Notes under the pieces: generated by a model | The model's input: only the letters and a program-made list of their open reading frames with translations | The model's database searches: none | What the model was told of the DNA's origin: nothing | Shown: positions 26,930 to 39,746 of the stretch, in pieces | Layout of the letters: each line of letters begins with the position of its first letter | Position numbering within the stretch: the stretch's first letter is position 1 | NCBI RefSeq assembly: GCF_009914755.1 | Contig: NC_060927.1 | Direction: 5' to 3' (one strand) | From: the human T2T-CHM13v2.0 reference genome, Homo sapiens | DNA length: 64,000 nucleotides | Translations under genes and position numbers: made by a program

Positions 26930-29610
26930 GTTACGTATGAAATGTTTAAAGAAACAAAGGATAACATTACAAAAATAAACATGTATCAATAAACTATTGG
27001 GATGGACAAGTAAATCTGAAAAAAATAGCATCTATATAAAAAATATAGTTATTGAATTAAAAGGCTCAATTGACAGTTAAATACCAGATTAGATGCAGCT
27101 GAAAAGAGAGTTAGTGAACTGAAAGATATATCCAGAAATGAATCAATAAAATAAAAAAGGATAAAAAGATGGGAAAAATAAAAGAGAGGTTAAGAGACCT
27201 GTAGGACAGGATGAAAAAGTCACATCTAATGAAGTTCCAAAAGGAGAAAAATGAGAGAATCAGAGACAACGATTATGAGATAATAGGTATGAATTTTCCA
27301 AAACTGATAAGAAACATTGGACCCTTAGATCCAGGAAGCCCAACCTCACCCAGGCCTAGAGTGGATAAATAAAAATATATTCATGCCATGTCTAGATTGC
27401 AGAGGCCAAAGACGAAGAGAAGATCACGAGAAAGAGAAAAAGCTGCTTGCTTACAAAGAATAAAAGAAAATATCAAGAGCAAAAATGGAAGCCTGAATCA
27501 CATGGCAAACATCTTCAAAGTGTTGAGAGAAAATAATTGTTAACCTGGAATTTTCTACTCCGAGGAACAATGTCTTTAAAAGATAGATGCCAATTATAGA
27601 ACAAAATTTAAGAAAACTGTTCTAAATGAAAGTATTTTAAGGAAAAACCTTTGGAGATGCTGGGATGCAAGAAAGAATGGTGAACAAATAAAATGGCAAA
27701 CATGTAGGTAAATACAAGAGCTGTATAAAATAACCATAATGTCATGTCCAATGTATGGGGTTAAGGAGACAGAACTAGAAAACAATCATTTAAAATGGGA
27801 GATAAAATGAAAGTACTCTAAAGTCCTTTTGAATTTTGGGAAGGAGGTCAAGATACTGTTTAACTTTAGACTTTATTAAGTTAAATATGAAAGGAAAATT
27901 TCAAGAAGAGAAATCAAGCAACCAAATTCCAAACAGCAGGGAATAAAGTGGAATGGGGAAAGAAAAGAAAGAAAAAAAAAAGAACAAAGCAACAGGAAAA
28001 ATGAAGTCTAGATAAATCAATAACCAACCATGTAATTCTTGGCTGTAGAGCCAAGCTCAAAAGTAAGTGAGGAAAACTCCCAGGTGCCATCCATAAAGGA
28101 AAGTTGAAGTGAGAGCACTGAACAAGTGCTGAAGCCAAAGGACCTCATGGGTCACCTGAACAGGACCTAGGCCTTGAGGGCTGGGGTTTGTGGGCTGGGG
28201 TCTGATGCCTGCCTGGGGAAGCAGGCTCATGCCACAGGCCAATAACAAGCATGGAGCTAGGGCTGAACAACCAGGAGAAAAAAGCATTGTCTCACCCATG
28301 AAATGACCTACAGTGGTTGTACCCATGAAACAAAGTGCCAAACAAACCAAACCCAACCAACCAACCACCCCAAAAATATCAACCTCCAAAGTAGCTTACT
28401 AGCAACCAGAGCCACAGGCCCTCCCTACTCCCTATCCTTGAAAAACATTACCTAGGAACACTCTCTAGGAATAATCTCTAGAAGTATTTGCATTAAATAT
28501 AAGAATTAGGCAAATATGCCCACTATCACTTCTACTCCCATGTGCTAGAAGTCCTAGTGAATACAATAAGAAAAAGGGAATGAGATATAAGCATTGAAAA
28601 GAAAAATGCAAAATTTGATCTGCAGGAGATATGATAGTTTACATAGAAAACTGAAGCAAATCTATACATAAATATGAGAATTAATAAGAGAATTCATCAA
28701 GATTGCTAGATACAAGGTCAACATATAAAATATTTAGCTTTCTTTTGCAACAAAAACAAATGATAGAAATGAGGGGAAAAAACACCATTCACAATACAAT
28801 AAAACAGTAAGGTAATAGAAATCTAATGAAAGATGTGCCAAGACATTCATAGAGAAAGTTAGCTGAAGAATGTTTTAAAAGACTTGACTGAACAAGAGAA
28901 AGTATGTTCCTGAGTCAAATATCACAATTCAAAAGATATTAATTCTCCCCAAATTACACTATAAAATCAATGCAAGTCTAGTAAAAATTCCCTAGATTTT
29001 TTTTTTCCAATGAAACTTATCAAACTGATCCTCAAAACAATGTGAAAAAATAAAGGTCCCAGCACAGCAGAGATAATTCTGTAAAATATAAATAAAGGTG
29101 ACTTTCAGTAGCAAAAATTAAAAAAAAAACCCTCCAAATGTCTATTAGTAAGGGAATGGATAAATAAATTGCAGTATTGTTGTGTGATGGAATAAAATGC
29201 AGCATTTAAATGAACAAATGAGGTTCCACATGTATTATTATGGACAGATCTCAAAATTAAAATGCTGAATGAGAGAAGTATCTTTCCAGACCATTTATGC
29301 CCATTTAAAAACTGCTGACATAGGAGTGCAAAAGGCTTGTTGAAAAAAGAAAAAATAAAACAAAAACTGCCAACAAAACAATGATATTATTTAAGAATAC
29401 ATAGATGGGTAATAGAAATATAAAAATGAAGGTTCTTGCCTTTGGTGAGTAGGGAAAAAAAGGGGGACTTTTTAACTTCATCTCTGAAATGTTCTTTTAT
29501 ATAAAAAAATCTGAGCCCAAAATGACAAAATGTTTACAATTGATCTTTCTGAGTGGTATATATGGGTGTTTGTTATTCTCTCTACTTTTCTGTATTTTAA
29601 AAGCTTAGAA
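26930..29610 (+). mobile_element. Old L1M fragments (ORF1/ORF2/3' remnants)
   Basis: A-rich L1 phrases (cagattagatgcagctgaaaagagagttagtgaactgaagat; gatacaaggtcaacatataaaa); boundaries approximate. Confidence 0.7.
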
Positions 29611-29854
29611 AGACAAAAGAAAAAGAGAGAAAGGACAGAGAGGTCCGCCAGGAAGTTTATTATAACTAGCATTCTCGAACAGCCCTCAAGAGAGTGGTGT
29701 TAAAGCCTCTCTTCCCCTTGGAGTTGCAGGAAAAGTAATTCAGGATCCTTCTTTATTTTTACAGACCTCGCCTATCTCCCAAGTCAGCAGCTCACCAAGG
29801 TTCCCATGAGTGTGTGGAGAGAAGCCAGTCCTTGACCTTGCCTGGGCATCTTAC

Positions 29855-30017
29855 CGTGTCTAGCTCCGATTCCAAGCTGCAGTTTTTGATTTGCGGGAAC
29901 ATCTCGCTGTATTTGCTTGGGTAGGCAGATGCGAGGTAGCCCTTCACCTGCTCCAGGTTGCTGGCTGTCAAAAAGCCATCTTCAAGGTCAAAAGTGTTGG
30001 TCAGCAGCAGACTCACC
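29855..30017 (-). CDS. SLC6A20: SLC6A20 exon 7 (EL4 region, N357 sequon NCS)
   Basis: cag|G GTG..ACG|gtaag; VSLLLTNTFDLEDG...IKNCSLESELDT; 163 nt. Confidence 0.97.
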
Positions 30018-30239
30018 CTGCAGAGCAGACCATCGGATCGACCTTCACTGATCAGAAAGGCAGCTGTCACCAAAGCCTCCCGTCAGCCTCTTCTTTTCTG
30101 ATTAGGTGAGGAAAGGGAGTCTGTTGCTTGGTGATCTTTTAAAGGGCAGGGTAATTTTGAATGGCACTGAAGAAGCCTCAGATATGAACAGTGATGACAA
30201 CAGGCACCAAACTCACACAGCTAGGCTATTTTAACCTCT

Positions 30240-30490
30240 GGACCAACATAGTCCAGCGGAAGTTTCTGTGCTGATGAAAATGCTCTCTATCTGGGCTGTC
30301 CAATTTGGTACTCACTGGCCACATATGGCAACTGAGCACTTAATGGTGGACACTGAGCAACTGATTGAAAGTAACAAGGGAATGTACTGAAATATGAATT
30401 AAGTTATTTAAATGTGAATTAAGTTGCATTGATTTAAATGTAAATTTGTAAATAGCCACTTGTGGCTAGTGACTACCCAACTGGACAGCA
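30240..30490. mobile_element. MER3-type hAT remnant
   Basis: aatagccacttgtggctagtgactacccaactggacagca terminus. Confidence 0.65.
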
Positions 30491-30862
30491 TACCTCCTGG
30501 ATGATGTCTTTGTATTTTGGGCAAGGGGCCACAGAAAGTGAATCCTGCAATCTCTGTGGCTCAGCTAGAGGCTTCTTGGTTACTTCTGAGGTGGGGGAGA
30601 TGGGGTAGAAGAAACAAAATTTGATCGTTGTATGTCCTATTATGCTAAGTGCTCACAACACGCTAACATGCCCTCATCCCTGCCAGGCAGATGTTGACAT
30701 GCCCCAGGCCCTCCAGCAACTGGTGGTGGTGTAGGGAGTCCAAATGTGAGCCCTGGATTGAGGACTCCAAAACTGGTGCACTTTGCCCCAGCCCTTGCCC
30801 AGGCGACCCTTCAGCTCAGAGCTCAGGGAGGCCTGGGACTCGGTGGGACAGCCCAGGCTTAC

Positions 30863-31104
30863 TTCTTCAAGCAGTTTTCATAATTGAAGGTGGCCTTGAA
30901 GCCATAGATGGAGAAGGTGACAATGCTGGCAAATATGGAGGTGAAGCTGTTGATGAGGGACACGATGATGGCGTGCTTCTGGCAGTTGTTGGATGGCTCA
31001 TTGTAGCTGGCGAAGGCGATCAGGCTGCCGAAGCCCAGGCCAAGTGAGAAGAAGATCTGGGTGGCTGCATTGATCCAGGCCTTGGGGTTGGCCAGCTGCT
31101 CTAT
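30863..31104 (-). CDS. SLC6A20: SLC6A20 exon 6
   Basis: cag|ATA..AA|gtaag; [35 protein letters not shown] (SLC6 TM6 motif)...ENCLK; 242 nt. Confidence 0.98.
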
Positions 31105-32150
31105 CTGGAAGGCCAGCAGGGACAGGGCTGATGATCCCTGGGTGGAATCCCAAATGCTCAGACCCGCAACAGGAGAGTGGCCCAGAGAGGGGAAGGAGCT
31201 CACCTACAGCACGCAGCCATCAGGGGCACCCCTAGGGCTGGAGACCAGCTCTCCTGGCCCCATCCACTCCCTGGCAGATGAAACACACACCTCAAGCTGC
31301 ACACCTCCCAGGGCTAAGGTGCTGTGGAGAATACAGGTGCTATGTGGAGGACATAAGGTGCTACGTATCCTCCATAGCACCTCAGCCATAGGAGGTGTGT
31401 AACCAGAAGCAGCTATGCCCACCACTATACGCCAGTGCGGAGGTGTGCAATGGAATACTGCAGGGTAAAATAATTAAAACACAAATGGGGCCCTGATTCA
31501 TAGGCAGTTACTGCACAGGTCTGGGCATTCAGAGATGGAGGGGGTGTGGCCTGGCAGGGGAGGTCTAGGTGTGGGTTGACTCTCGGCACTGACATCGGTG
31601 GCGTCTGGAATGGGGAAGGGGAAGGATGACACAGTCATTTTATTTCTAGGGACTGCATTTGCCAAATGAAGAACTTGCCCCATCCCAAAGGCAAGAGTGC
31701 ACCCTCCATGGATGAACCCTGGGTGTGGGGTGCATGGAGAATGGGTGGGTTGGGAAACTCTGTAGGGAAACGGGTGCGTGGAACCATGTAAGCAGGCAAG
31801 CAAGATGACCAGAGTGGTGCTCATGGCAAAAAGCTTGGTCCACAGTCTGAAAGGGGCTTGAGGTGAGGCAGTGGCAGGGGTGCAGCAGTTGGGGGACAGT
31901 GAGGATGAAGAGGAGAAGCTGAAAGAAAGACTTAATGCTCCAGAATTAACAGGGAGTGGGGATGACCTGGCTGAGGAGGTGATCCAGTGACTGCAGGTAC
32001 TCCACACTCCTGCCACACCCTGGTGGGCTCACATCAGCTTCCGTAGGTACAGCGTTGGCCCACTCTCCACCTTTCCCTCTTCCCACCCATCCTGGAAGGT
32101 GGCAGGATAAGTGAGGGGTGCCCGTAGGGCCCTTCCGCTTCAGCCCGTAC

Positions 32151-32261
32151 CTTGGGAGTGAACATGTACATGAGGCCATTGGTGGCTCCGTGGAGCGTGA
32201 GGCCCCTGATGAGGTAGATGATGAGCACGCAATAGGGCAGTGACGCCATGAAATACACCAC
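32151..32261 (-). CDS. SLC6A20: SLC6A20 exon 5 (111 nt, symmetric phase 0; carries Met199)
   Basis: cag|GTG..AAG|gtacgg; [37 protein letters not shown]. Confidence 0.97.
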
Positions 32262-35200
32262 CTGCGGGCATCAGAGGGCAGAGTTGGCCTCCCGGAGCAG
32301 TGGGGTCCACAGGACAGACCCATGCCCCATGGAACACCACATCTGGGGTATTCAGGCTGCACCGCCCAGCTGCTGACAGCTGGAAAAGGCATGGAGATTC
32401 TTGGTCACACACAGGCTCTGGGTTAGGGCTGGGGAAGTGGGCTGGTGGGATGTGGTCGCTCACAGCTGTGACCAGCACGACATTTCTTATTCAGTAGAGA
32501 AGAGGCAAACAGGTACCGAGCCTCTGCCTTCCACCCTCCCTTCAACCTGACCTTATTCTGGAAAGGATTTGAGGTTACCCACAAAAACACATCAGTCACG
32601 TTAACATTTCAAAATTGCTAAAGAAATCAGCATGAAAAAAATATATGGGCAATCCAGTAATGAGCCCACAGGAAAAAGCAGCCCATAGAATCTGTGCATA
32701 AGTCTCTACCCAGTTTCTGAGCCAGATTCAGCTCTGAGCTTCCTGGTGGCCTACACACAAAGCAGGAACACAATTAAAAGGAAAAAAAAATCTGCAGCTT
32801 GGAGGAGGACAGATTTCCCCAGGACTGGGGCCTGAGAGCAGATTGGTCACGAGTGCTCATACAGGAAAGCAGCGAGGTGTAGCGTAGAGGACAATGTCCC
32901 CGTAATAAACACAATAGGAAATTCAGATCTGATTTTTATGGCAACCCTCCAGAAAGGGTTTACTTCCTTAGGCTTTAACATTACACCTGAATGGACATTT
33001 TTGTCAACCAGATCTTCTTTCTCCACCGACATGCATCGTAAGTTCAATGATGTTTTGTTAATATCTTTGGTGTTCATGGTAGCTTTAGTAGTCACCTGTC
33101 ATGCTCTGGGTGATTCTAACTGTTACAAAGCCATAGAATACAGACCTTCAAGTGCACGTGTGCCTATCCAGGAATGGATTTTTTTCTGTAAATCAACTCA
33201 TATGTGTACCAGAGCCTCATTTGTAAAGGAAATAAATATTTTGCAAGATTGTCTTTTGTGTAAGAGTTCCCTTAAAGTTTGAGTCTCTCTGTGAGAAATA
33301 TGGCTGGTGGCCTATGTTCAGGTGGGCTTGAATTACACTTGGCCCTCCCTTCCTATTGAGGTGTGGCATCATCTTCTCATCCATTTCCAAGGCCACCAGA
33401 ATGGCACTCTGTACGCTGTCACCCAGGGGACGGCAGGTGGAATGTGGGGTGTGTCTTTTATCACTGCTTCTTAGCTGAGGTTGTTGTAACTTGAGAAGAG
33501 TAATAAATCCACCCAAGATTATAAGAAACCAGGTAAGAGAGATGAAAAGACAGAGCACTCACTCGTGACCAACATCCATCACAATGGGCACTAAGCAGGC
33601 CCTTAGGGCCAGCCCCGAGAATTTCCCTCCTTCCCCCAAGGTGAGCAAGTTTCCTGGAGGCTCATGGAGTCCCTAAGTGGGCAGAATTGCTGGACACGTG
33701 ATCCAGCCTAATCTATTGGAAGAAACCAATTCTGACCACTCTGCAGAGATTCTGGCAGGAAACAAAGTCGATTCCAACAGAGGATGCCAGGAAATGGCAC
33801 ATGGTCTGTGACAAGATTAGCTCTATTTACATAGAGCTGTTGGGGTACTTTTCCCAGGGAGAAGGGTGTAGCTGAAGCAGAGGAAATAGATGATAAGAAT
33901 AAATAAGTTTTTATGGCATGACATGGTCTTATGCAACACATTTCAAAGTGATTGGGAAAAGGAATGGTCTCTAATCTCTACCTCTGCAGATGTTGCCCTC
34001 TGATCTCTTGGATCATGATCATAATAATCTGGCAAACATAAATTACAAAAACATTTTTTATGAGCATGACAGTATGGCCAGGCTCTACGATGGGACTGAG
34101 TGGGCTGCTGCAGGTTCTAAGCTCTCTCGGGGAAAGAGCACCTGTGCTCACTCGTCCCTTTCCTCAGCCATGGCACAGGGGACTTTGGGGGCTAAGAGGC
34201 TGGTCATCAGGGGCTCTTAGAAACCAAAATAAAATGCCCTACCAGGCATGATACTGGAGTTGTCCCATGGGCCCTGGAATACCATGGGTAGCTCTGGTCT
34301 AATGCCTCAAGAAATACATGGGGGGTGGGGTGTGGCTGGAGGAGACAACTCAGGTAGTCAGAGGGTGAGGACAGGTGGGCTCCTAGGACTCTCAGCAGGT
34401 GACAGTTGGAATTGATGACATCATTAAGGCATAGAGAGAGCTATGTGGCTACCAAACCAAGACAATGGGAAGTCTTGGGGTGAGGCTGGGCTTTGCCCTC
34501 ACTAGCTGTGCCCTTGGGCAGGTCAATTTACCTCTCTAAGCTTCAGGTAACTGGGATCATGAAATCTACCATGAAAGGCTGTTGCCAGAATGACACAATG
34601 TGGGTGCTCAAGCCGTGGTGGGTCTACTGTGAGAAGTGACAGTGAATGAGACAGGGTGTGCTAGGCTCCGAGACATCTGCTGAAGCTTCAGGCAGGTGGC
34701 GGGTGATGGGAACACTGAAAGCAAACCTTCTACGTGGAGCAGACTAGAGATGAAGGAACATGTCAGCCCCAGTGAAAGTGTGAGCCTTGGGATGCACCAA
34801 GAAAGGATTATGGAGATCAAGCCCGACAGCTCTGGAGGGTGATTGGAAGCAGCTTAGAACAAAGGGTCTCAAACTCAGCTGCAAATTAGAATCACCTGGC
34901 GAGCTTTTAAACCTCCCCTGCCTCCCCACCCAGTGCTCAGGACACACCCCAGACTGGTTACTGCAGAATTTTGGGGGGCGGGGCTAAGGCATGAGATTTT
35001 TGAAAACTCTCCAGAAAATACCAATGTGCAGCTGAGTTGGAGAGCCAGTGGCTAGGGTGTCTCGAGGATACATACAATCTTAAAGAAAAGCAAACTCACT
35101 GTCTGGTTGTCTGGGTGGTATGGATTTGGGGCTGACTGCTACAGAAAAACTTTTTTTTTCTAAGAAAGTCCTTGTTTTGAGATTTAGGGTTGCAACTTTA

Positions 35201-35406
35201 ACCATCTCTGGCCCTCTCTATAGTCATCTAGTAGGTGACTTGTCCCAGCAACACCATCTGTGCCCTCTGCCCTAACATAGCTGCTGCCTTTCCACTGCAG
35301 AGGGCACTCCCTTGGCATTGCCTAGGGTTGGAGACAGAGGCAGCTGCCCCTTGGTGCACCCTCCCACCCACCAGGAGCACCGGGCTTCTGTGCCTCACTG
35401 TCCCAC

Positions 35407-35634
35407 CTTGCCAGTGGACTCGGTGCCACGCAGGATGCACAGGTACACCACCAGCCAGGCCAGGAGGAGGCACAGCGCCGGCTCCCACTGCACACCCCCG
35501 TTCTCCTGGAGGGACGGCGAGATATTGAGGGTTTTCCTGTACCAGAAGTACTGTGTGGAGGACGCCTTCTCGCACTCCTCATCGTAGCCCGTGTGGTTAC
35601 CATTCAGTGGGCAGACAGACCACGGCAGGGGATC
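35407..35634 (-). CDS. SLC6A20: SLC6A20 exon 4
   Basis: cag|GAT..AAG|gtggga; DPLPWSVCPLNGNHTGYDEEC...RGTESTGK; 228 nt. Confidence 0.98.
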
Positions 35635-36334
35635 CTGTGGGACCAAAGCAAGTGTTATCCAGGGAGGTGAAGGCTGAGGACAAAGGCTGTGGCAGGGGTG
35701 AGGGAGGTGGCCCTGAGCGGAGACTCTTGGAAGAGAAGGGTGCTGGTCCCCGAAGGGCAGGTGGCTGGAGCCCCTGAAGGCAGACTGGGAGTTGGAGAGT
35801 TTGTCAGGGGGCACGGGTGAGGCAGGAAGGGGTTGGAGGAGGGGGCTCTACTCTCGTTGCAATTCTACGGGTGTTCCTTGAGGACTACTGAACTCTGTGG
35901 TGGGTCCCAGAGACTGAATAGCAAATGGACCACAGCCAGGCCAGCCCTGATGATGGAACTCCGACCCACGGCCTGTGCACAATCAGCTCAGGCACTTAAA
36001 CCACACCCTCTGCAGCACTGGCCCAGATTGCTTAGGACTTGGTCAATGATTGAGAGAGTCCCTATTTTTTGGCCAACTCAGAACCAACCAGAGAAAGTGA
36101 CAGAGAGCCCAGTTCAGAGTAGCTTAAGCAGATGAGAGTCTTACTGGCTCCACCCTGCAAAGTCCAGGAGTCTAACTGCTTCAGGTATAGCTTGACTCTA
36201 GCTCAAAGAAGTCACCAGCACCAGGTTCTCTCGGGCTCAGACATGCAGGACAGCTGTGGGGCCTGAACCTCATCTCCTGCTAGCTTCCAAACCCAATATA
36301 CATTGCAGGAAATGCCATTCGCCACCAGCACTTA

Positions 36335-36750
36335 GTGAGCACAGAACCTGAGACTTACGCATCTCAGGACTTGCGGAAATCAGCAAAGACCACCCAAGTG
36401 AGAACAAGCAGAGGCTGTTTACTTAGGACTTGCTACAGCAAGGGCGATAGCAGCATCGCTTGCATTTGGCGGGGCTCCAAGGCAGGCGGGGATTGGGAAA
36501 GCTTGTTAGTGAGAAAAGAGAAGGCTCCAGGTGTGCCCCCATAGGAGGCTGCTGGCGTGTCACTTATGAACAAAGGAGCCTCAATGGTGCATGCATCATG
36601 ACCATGACCCGAGGCCAAGTGGTAAACAGTGGTGCTGAGATGGGAGGGAGGGGAGGAAAAGTTACTTCTGACTGTGGGGTAGGAGACCCCAACCCTGCTC
36701 TTTGAGGACCAGCCCCACATTGATCAGTTTTGCACATATCTGGGTTCTAC
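36335..36750. mobile_element. LTR remnant resembling MER77
   Basis: gacttgctacagcaaggg...tgggaaagcttgttagtgagaaaagagaaggctccaggtgtgccc resembles the recalled MER77 consensus. Confidence 0.4.
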
Positions 36751-39654
36751 AAGCCCAGATTTAATTAGACAAAAACGCATCATTAATGGAAGCAAGTCTG
36801 ACCACCCCACTGGGCTCAATCCCATATTTCACAGGAGACAGAACCAAGGCCCGGGGTATCACCTAATGGGTCATGGCTACTGTGCCAGTAGGCAGCTGGA
36901 GCCCAGGTCTGCACACCCAGACAGTGCTCAGGACTGTCCTGGTGAGGACCTCCACGCCCACCCCTGCAATACCTCCCCAGGCCACCCTAGCCTATTGGAA
37001 TGTGTGAGCTGGTTTCTTGCTTTGACCCATATCGTGTTCAAAGCTGGCCACCAACAGTCCTTCCCCTTCCCATGTGCACATTTCTCCCATCCAGAAGTGG
37101 TGTCTCTTGCCTCAGCCTGTGAGTCTGGGCTGTCCTCCGATGCAAGCTGACCAACTGAATATGGTGAAGAGATGCTGTGTGAGTGACTTCCCGGCCCAGG
37201 ACTTCAGAACCCTGTAGCTAGCCTCTCACCCTCTTGGAGACCAGCTGTGGGACATCCAGGCTAGCTTCCTGAATGATGCGGGTGCAGGGAGAGGGAGGCA
37301 CGTGGAGGGAACTGAGGTGCCCAGTGGCAGCCAGCACCAAGTCCCAGGCAGGTGACAGGGGTCCTGGTAGACCTGAAGCCCAGTTGAGCTGCCTAGGCTG
37401 ACATCCCCTTGGGCCATTTACAGCCTGTGTGGGACTGACCTGAGTCTGTTCCCTGGACTACCTGCTGATGCCAGACCGGGCCTGCTTCCCAGGCTTGGCT
37501 ACACGACTAAGGCACCCGGGGGTGATGCCCAGGCTGCACCCCCAGTGACTCTGATTTCATCTGTTTGGGATAGGGCCTGGTCATTGGATTTTTCACACCT
37601 CCCCACCCTGCACCCCGCACCCCGCAACTTCATCTCCCCAGTGTGCAGCCAGGTTGAAGAAGGTTTAGCGTATAGGAGAACTTGTTAAATGGGCCAGTTC
37701 CCAGTCTGACCTCCCTCACTCACCTCTGAACCAGCAGGTGAGGACAAGGATCCCCGCATTTGTGTGCATAACAGCCCAGGTGCTCCTGCTGAGAAGGGCT
37801 GGACACAAGGCTGGAAAGCCTGGCCAGGGAGTGAGTAGACAGGAGCACAGACTCTGGGGCCAGGTCCCTGAGTCCAACCCCACCAGCTATGAGCTACTCG
37901 GCTCCCCTCTGCTCGGGTGCTCAGTGTGCTCAGCCTCGTGGGGTGGCTGTTTTGATTACATGAGTGAACACTTCTAAAGTGCTGGGACCTGTGTCTGGCC
38001 CAAAGCACATGTAAGTGAATGTCTGCAGCTACTATTCCTCTCATTATTATGGGACCATGGAGGAGGGCTTCAAAGTAGAGGGACTAAGGGATAAGTCCAC
38101 AGACCTATGAAGGATGGAATGAATGAATATTTAAGTGATTTTCATGAATCGCTGGCCCCCATACTTCTGACTATTAGAAAAAGATGCCCCTTTCTTGAGG
38201 CACTTTATTTTTGCTTTTGGGGGATGAGCAAATTATTCTGATTTTGTTAGGACAAGACACATTACTTCCACTTTTGGAAACTTGTCTTAATAAGTATACA
38301 AATCTATAATGCTTACAATGTGTATGGCAAGCCCTTAGTTGGCAGTACTGTTGTGCAGTGCACAAGCTGCCCAACCATACATGAGCCCTGCACAGAGGAC
38401 AGGAAACAGTCACCAGGCTATAGAGTAAGAAGAGTTGCCCTGTTTCCACTGAGAAGGCTGGGGAGAGGCAGAGTTGTGGCCAGTGTTCATGAAACTCTAG
38501 GTTGAACCAGGGAAAGAAGGAGGGACTGCAACTAAGCTCAGGTTACAGCTTTCTTGCCAGAGATACGTGCAATGGGGCAAGCTTGGTGGAGCTCATTGGG
38601 AAGCCAGAGTGGGGTATGCCAAATCAGGATTATTAAAGTCATTCACCCAAGCATTCCTCACGCCCCCACAGAGTCAAGGCTATGCCCAAGCACCCCAGAG
38701 GCAAACCCAGTTCAGTCCATAGTCCATGCCAGCCCTATCTTGCTTGCGGACCTTGGGGACAGGCATGTCCCATGAAGGCCTGGCTCAGGGGCAAAGGGTA
38801 AGGCATTGGCCTGGTTAGCTCCTGCCTCCTCCACTGTTCCCAACTGGGAAGAAGCCAAGGTGAAGGTGGTTCCTGGAAGCAGGTGGGGGCAGTGGAGGAT
38901 GGGGTTCCTGAGAGTGAAACGGTAGGAGCCAGGTAACAGAAATGAGCATGAGCAGTGGAAAGGAAAATTCCTCTTGTCCTGAATGTACACCAGCTCTCTG
39001 TGTGGAATTGGAGTTCTTGCTTCTCTACAATTCTAGCCCCTTCCACTTTTCTACAGAGTGTCAGCTGTAGTTATCATCAGAAATGTGTGGTTTAAAATGT
39101 TTAGGAATGGCCCTATTGTGTTACAGGGTGACAATGGTCCTTCTAGGAGAACTTAGGGGTCTGCAGGGAAAAGAAGAGGCTCAGGCTGGAGTCAGAAACC
39201 TGGAAGCACGAGTGGCCCTGAGGAAAGCGGGAGAAGGGGACGGGGAGGAAGAGGACAGGCCGTTGCTGTCTTGCTGGATTGAGGGAATCCCTCCCCACCA
39301 GTCCTCTCCACAGATTTCCTCCTAGGCACACTGTGCAGTAGTTCTTAATAGTGTGTGTGTGGGGTCACATCCATCAGAGAGAATCCACTGAAAGCCATGG
39401 ACCTTCTCTCCAAGAACACGCACACTCTCACCGGTGGACTCTTGCTTACAGCGTAAGGGGCCCGTGGAGCCCGGGTTCAGAAGCCCTTCACGTGGTTTGG
39501 GGTGCATGGCTTCCCCTCCACCTCACACCACCCACCGGCTCCCCGCCCCGAGGCTGCTCACCTTGCCCCACACCCCCTTCCCCGAGCGGGTGGCCCTGTT
39601 TTTCTCTCCCTTTCTCGCTCCTACTCCTGTTCTGGCACGGGCCCCCCGGCTCAC

Positions 39655-39746
39655 CTGGAAGGAGTGGAAGAGGTACCAGAAGGCCCAGGCGTTGATGACG
39701 TTGTAGTACATGGAGAGGAAGAAAGAGACCACCACGCTGGCGACCC
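39655..39746 (-). CDS. SLC6A20: SLC6A20 exon 3
   Basis: cag|GG GTC..CAG|gtgag; VASVVVSFFLSMYYNVINAWAFWYLFHSFQ; 92 nt. Confidence 0.98.

Noticed and set aside
32847-33282. 114-aa ORF and UTR-like segment with AATAAA in intron 4 (possible retrocopy)
   Set aside because: No recognisable protein similarity, poly-A tail or TSD; flanks look like old LINE remnants; needs BLAST to decide
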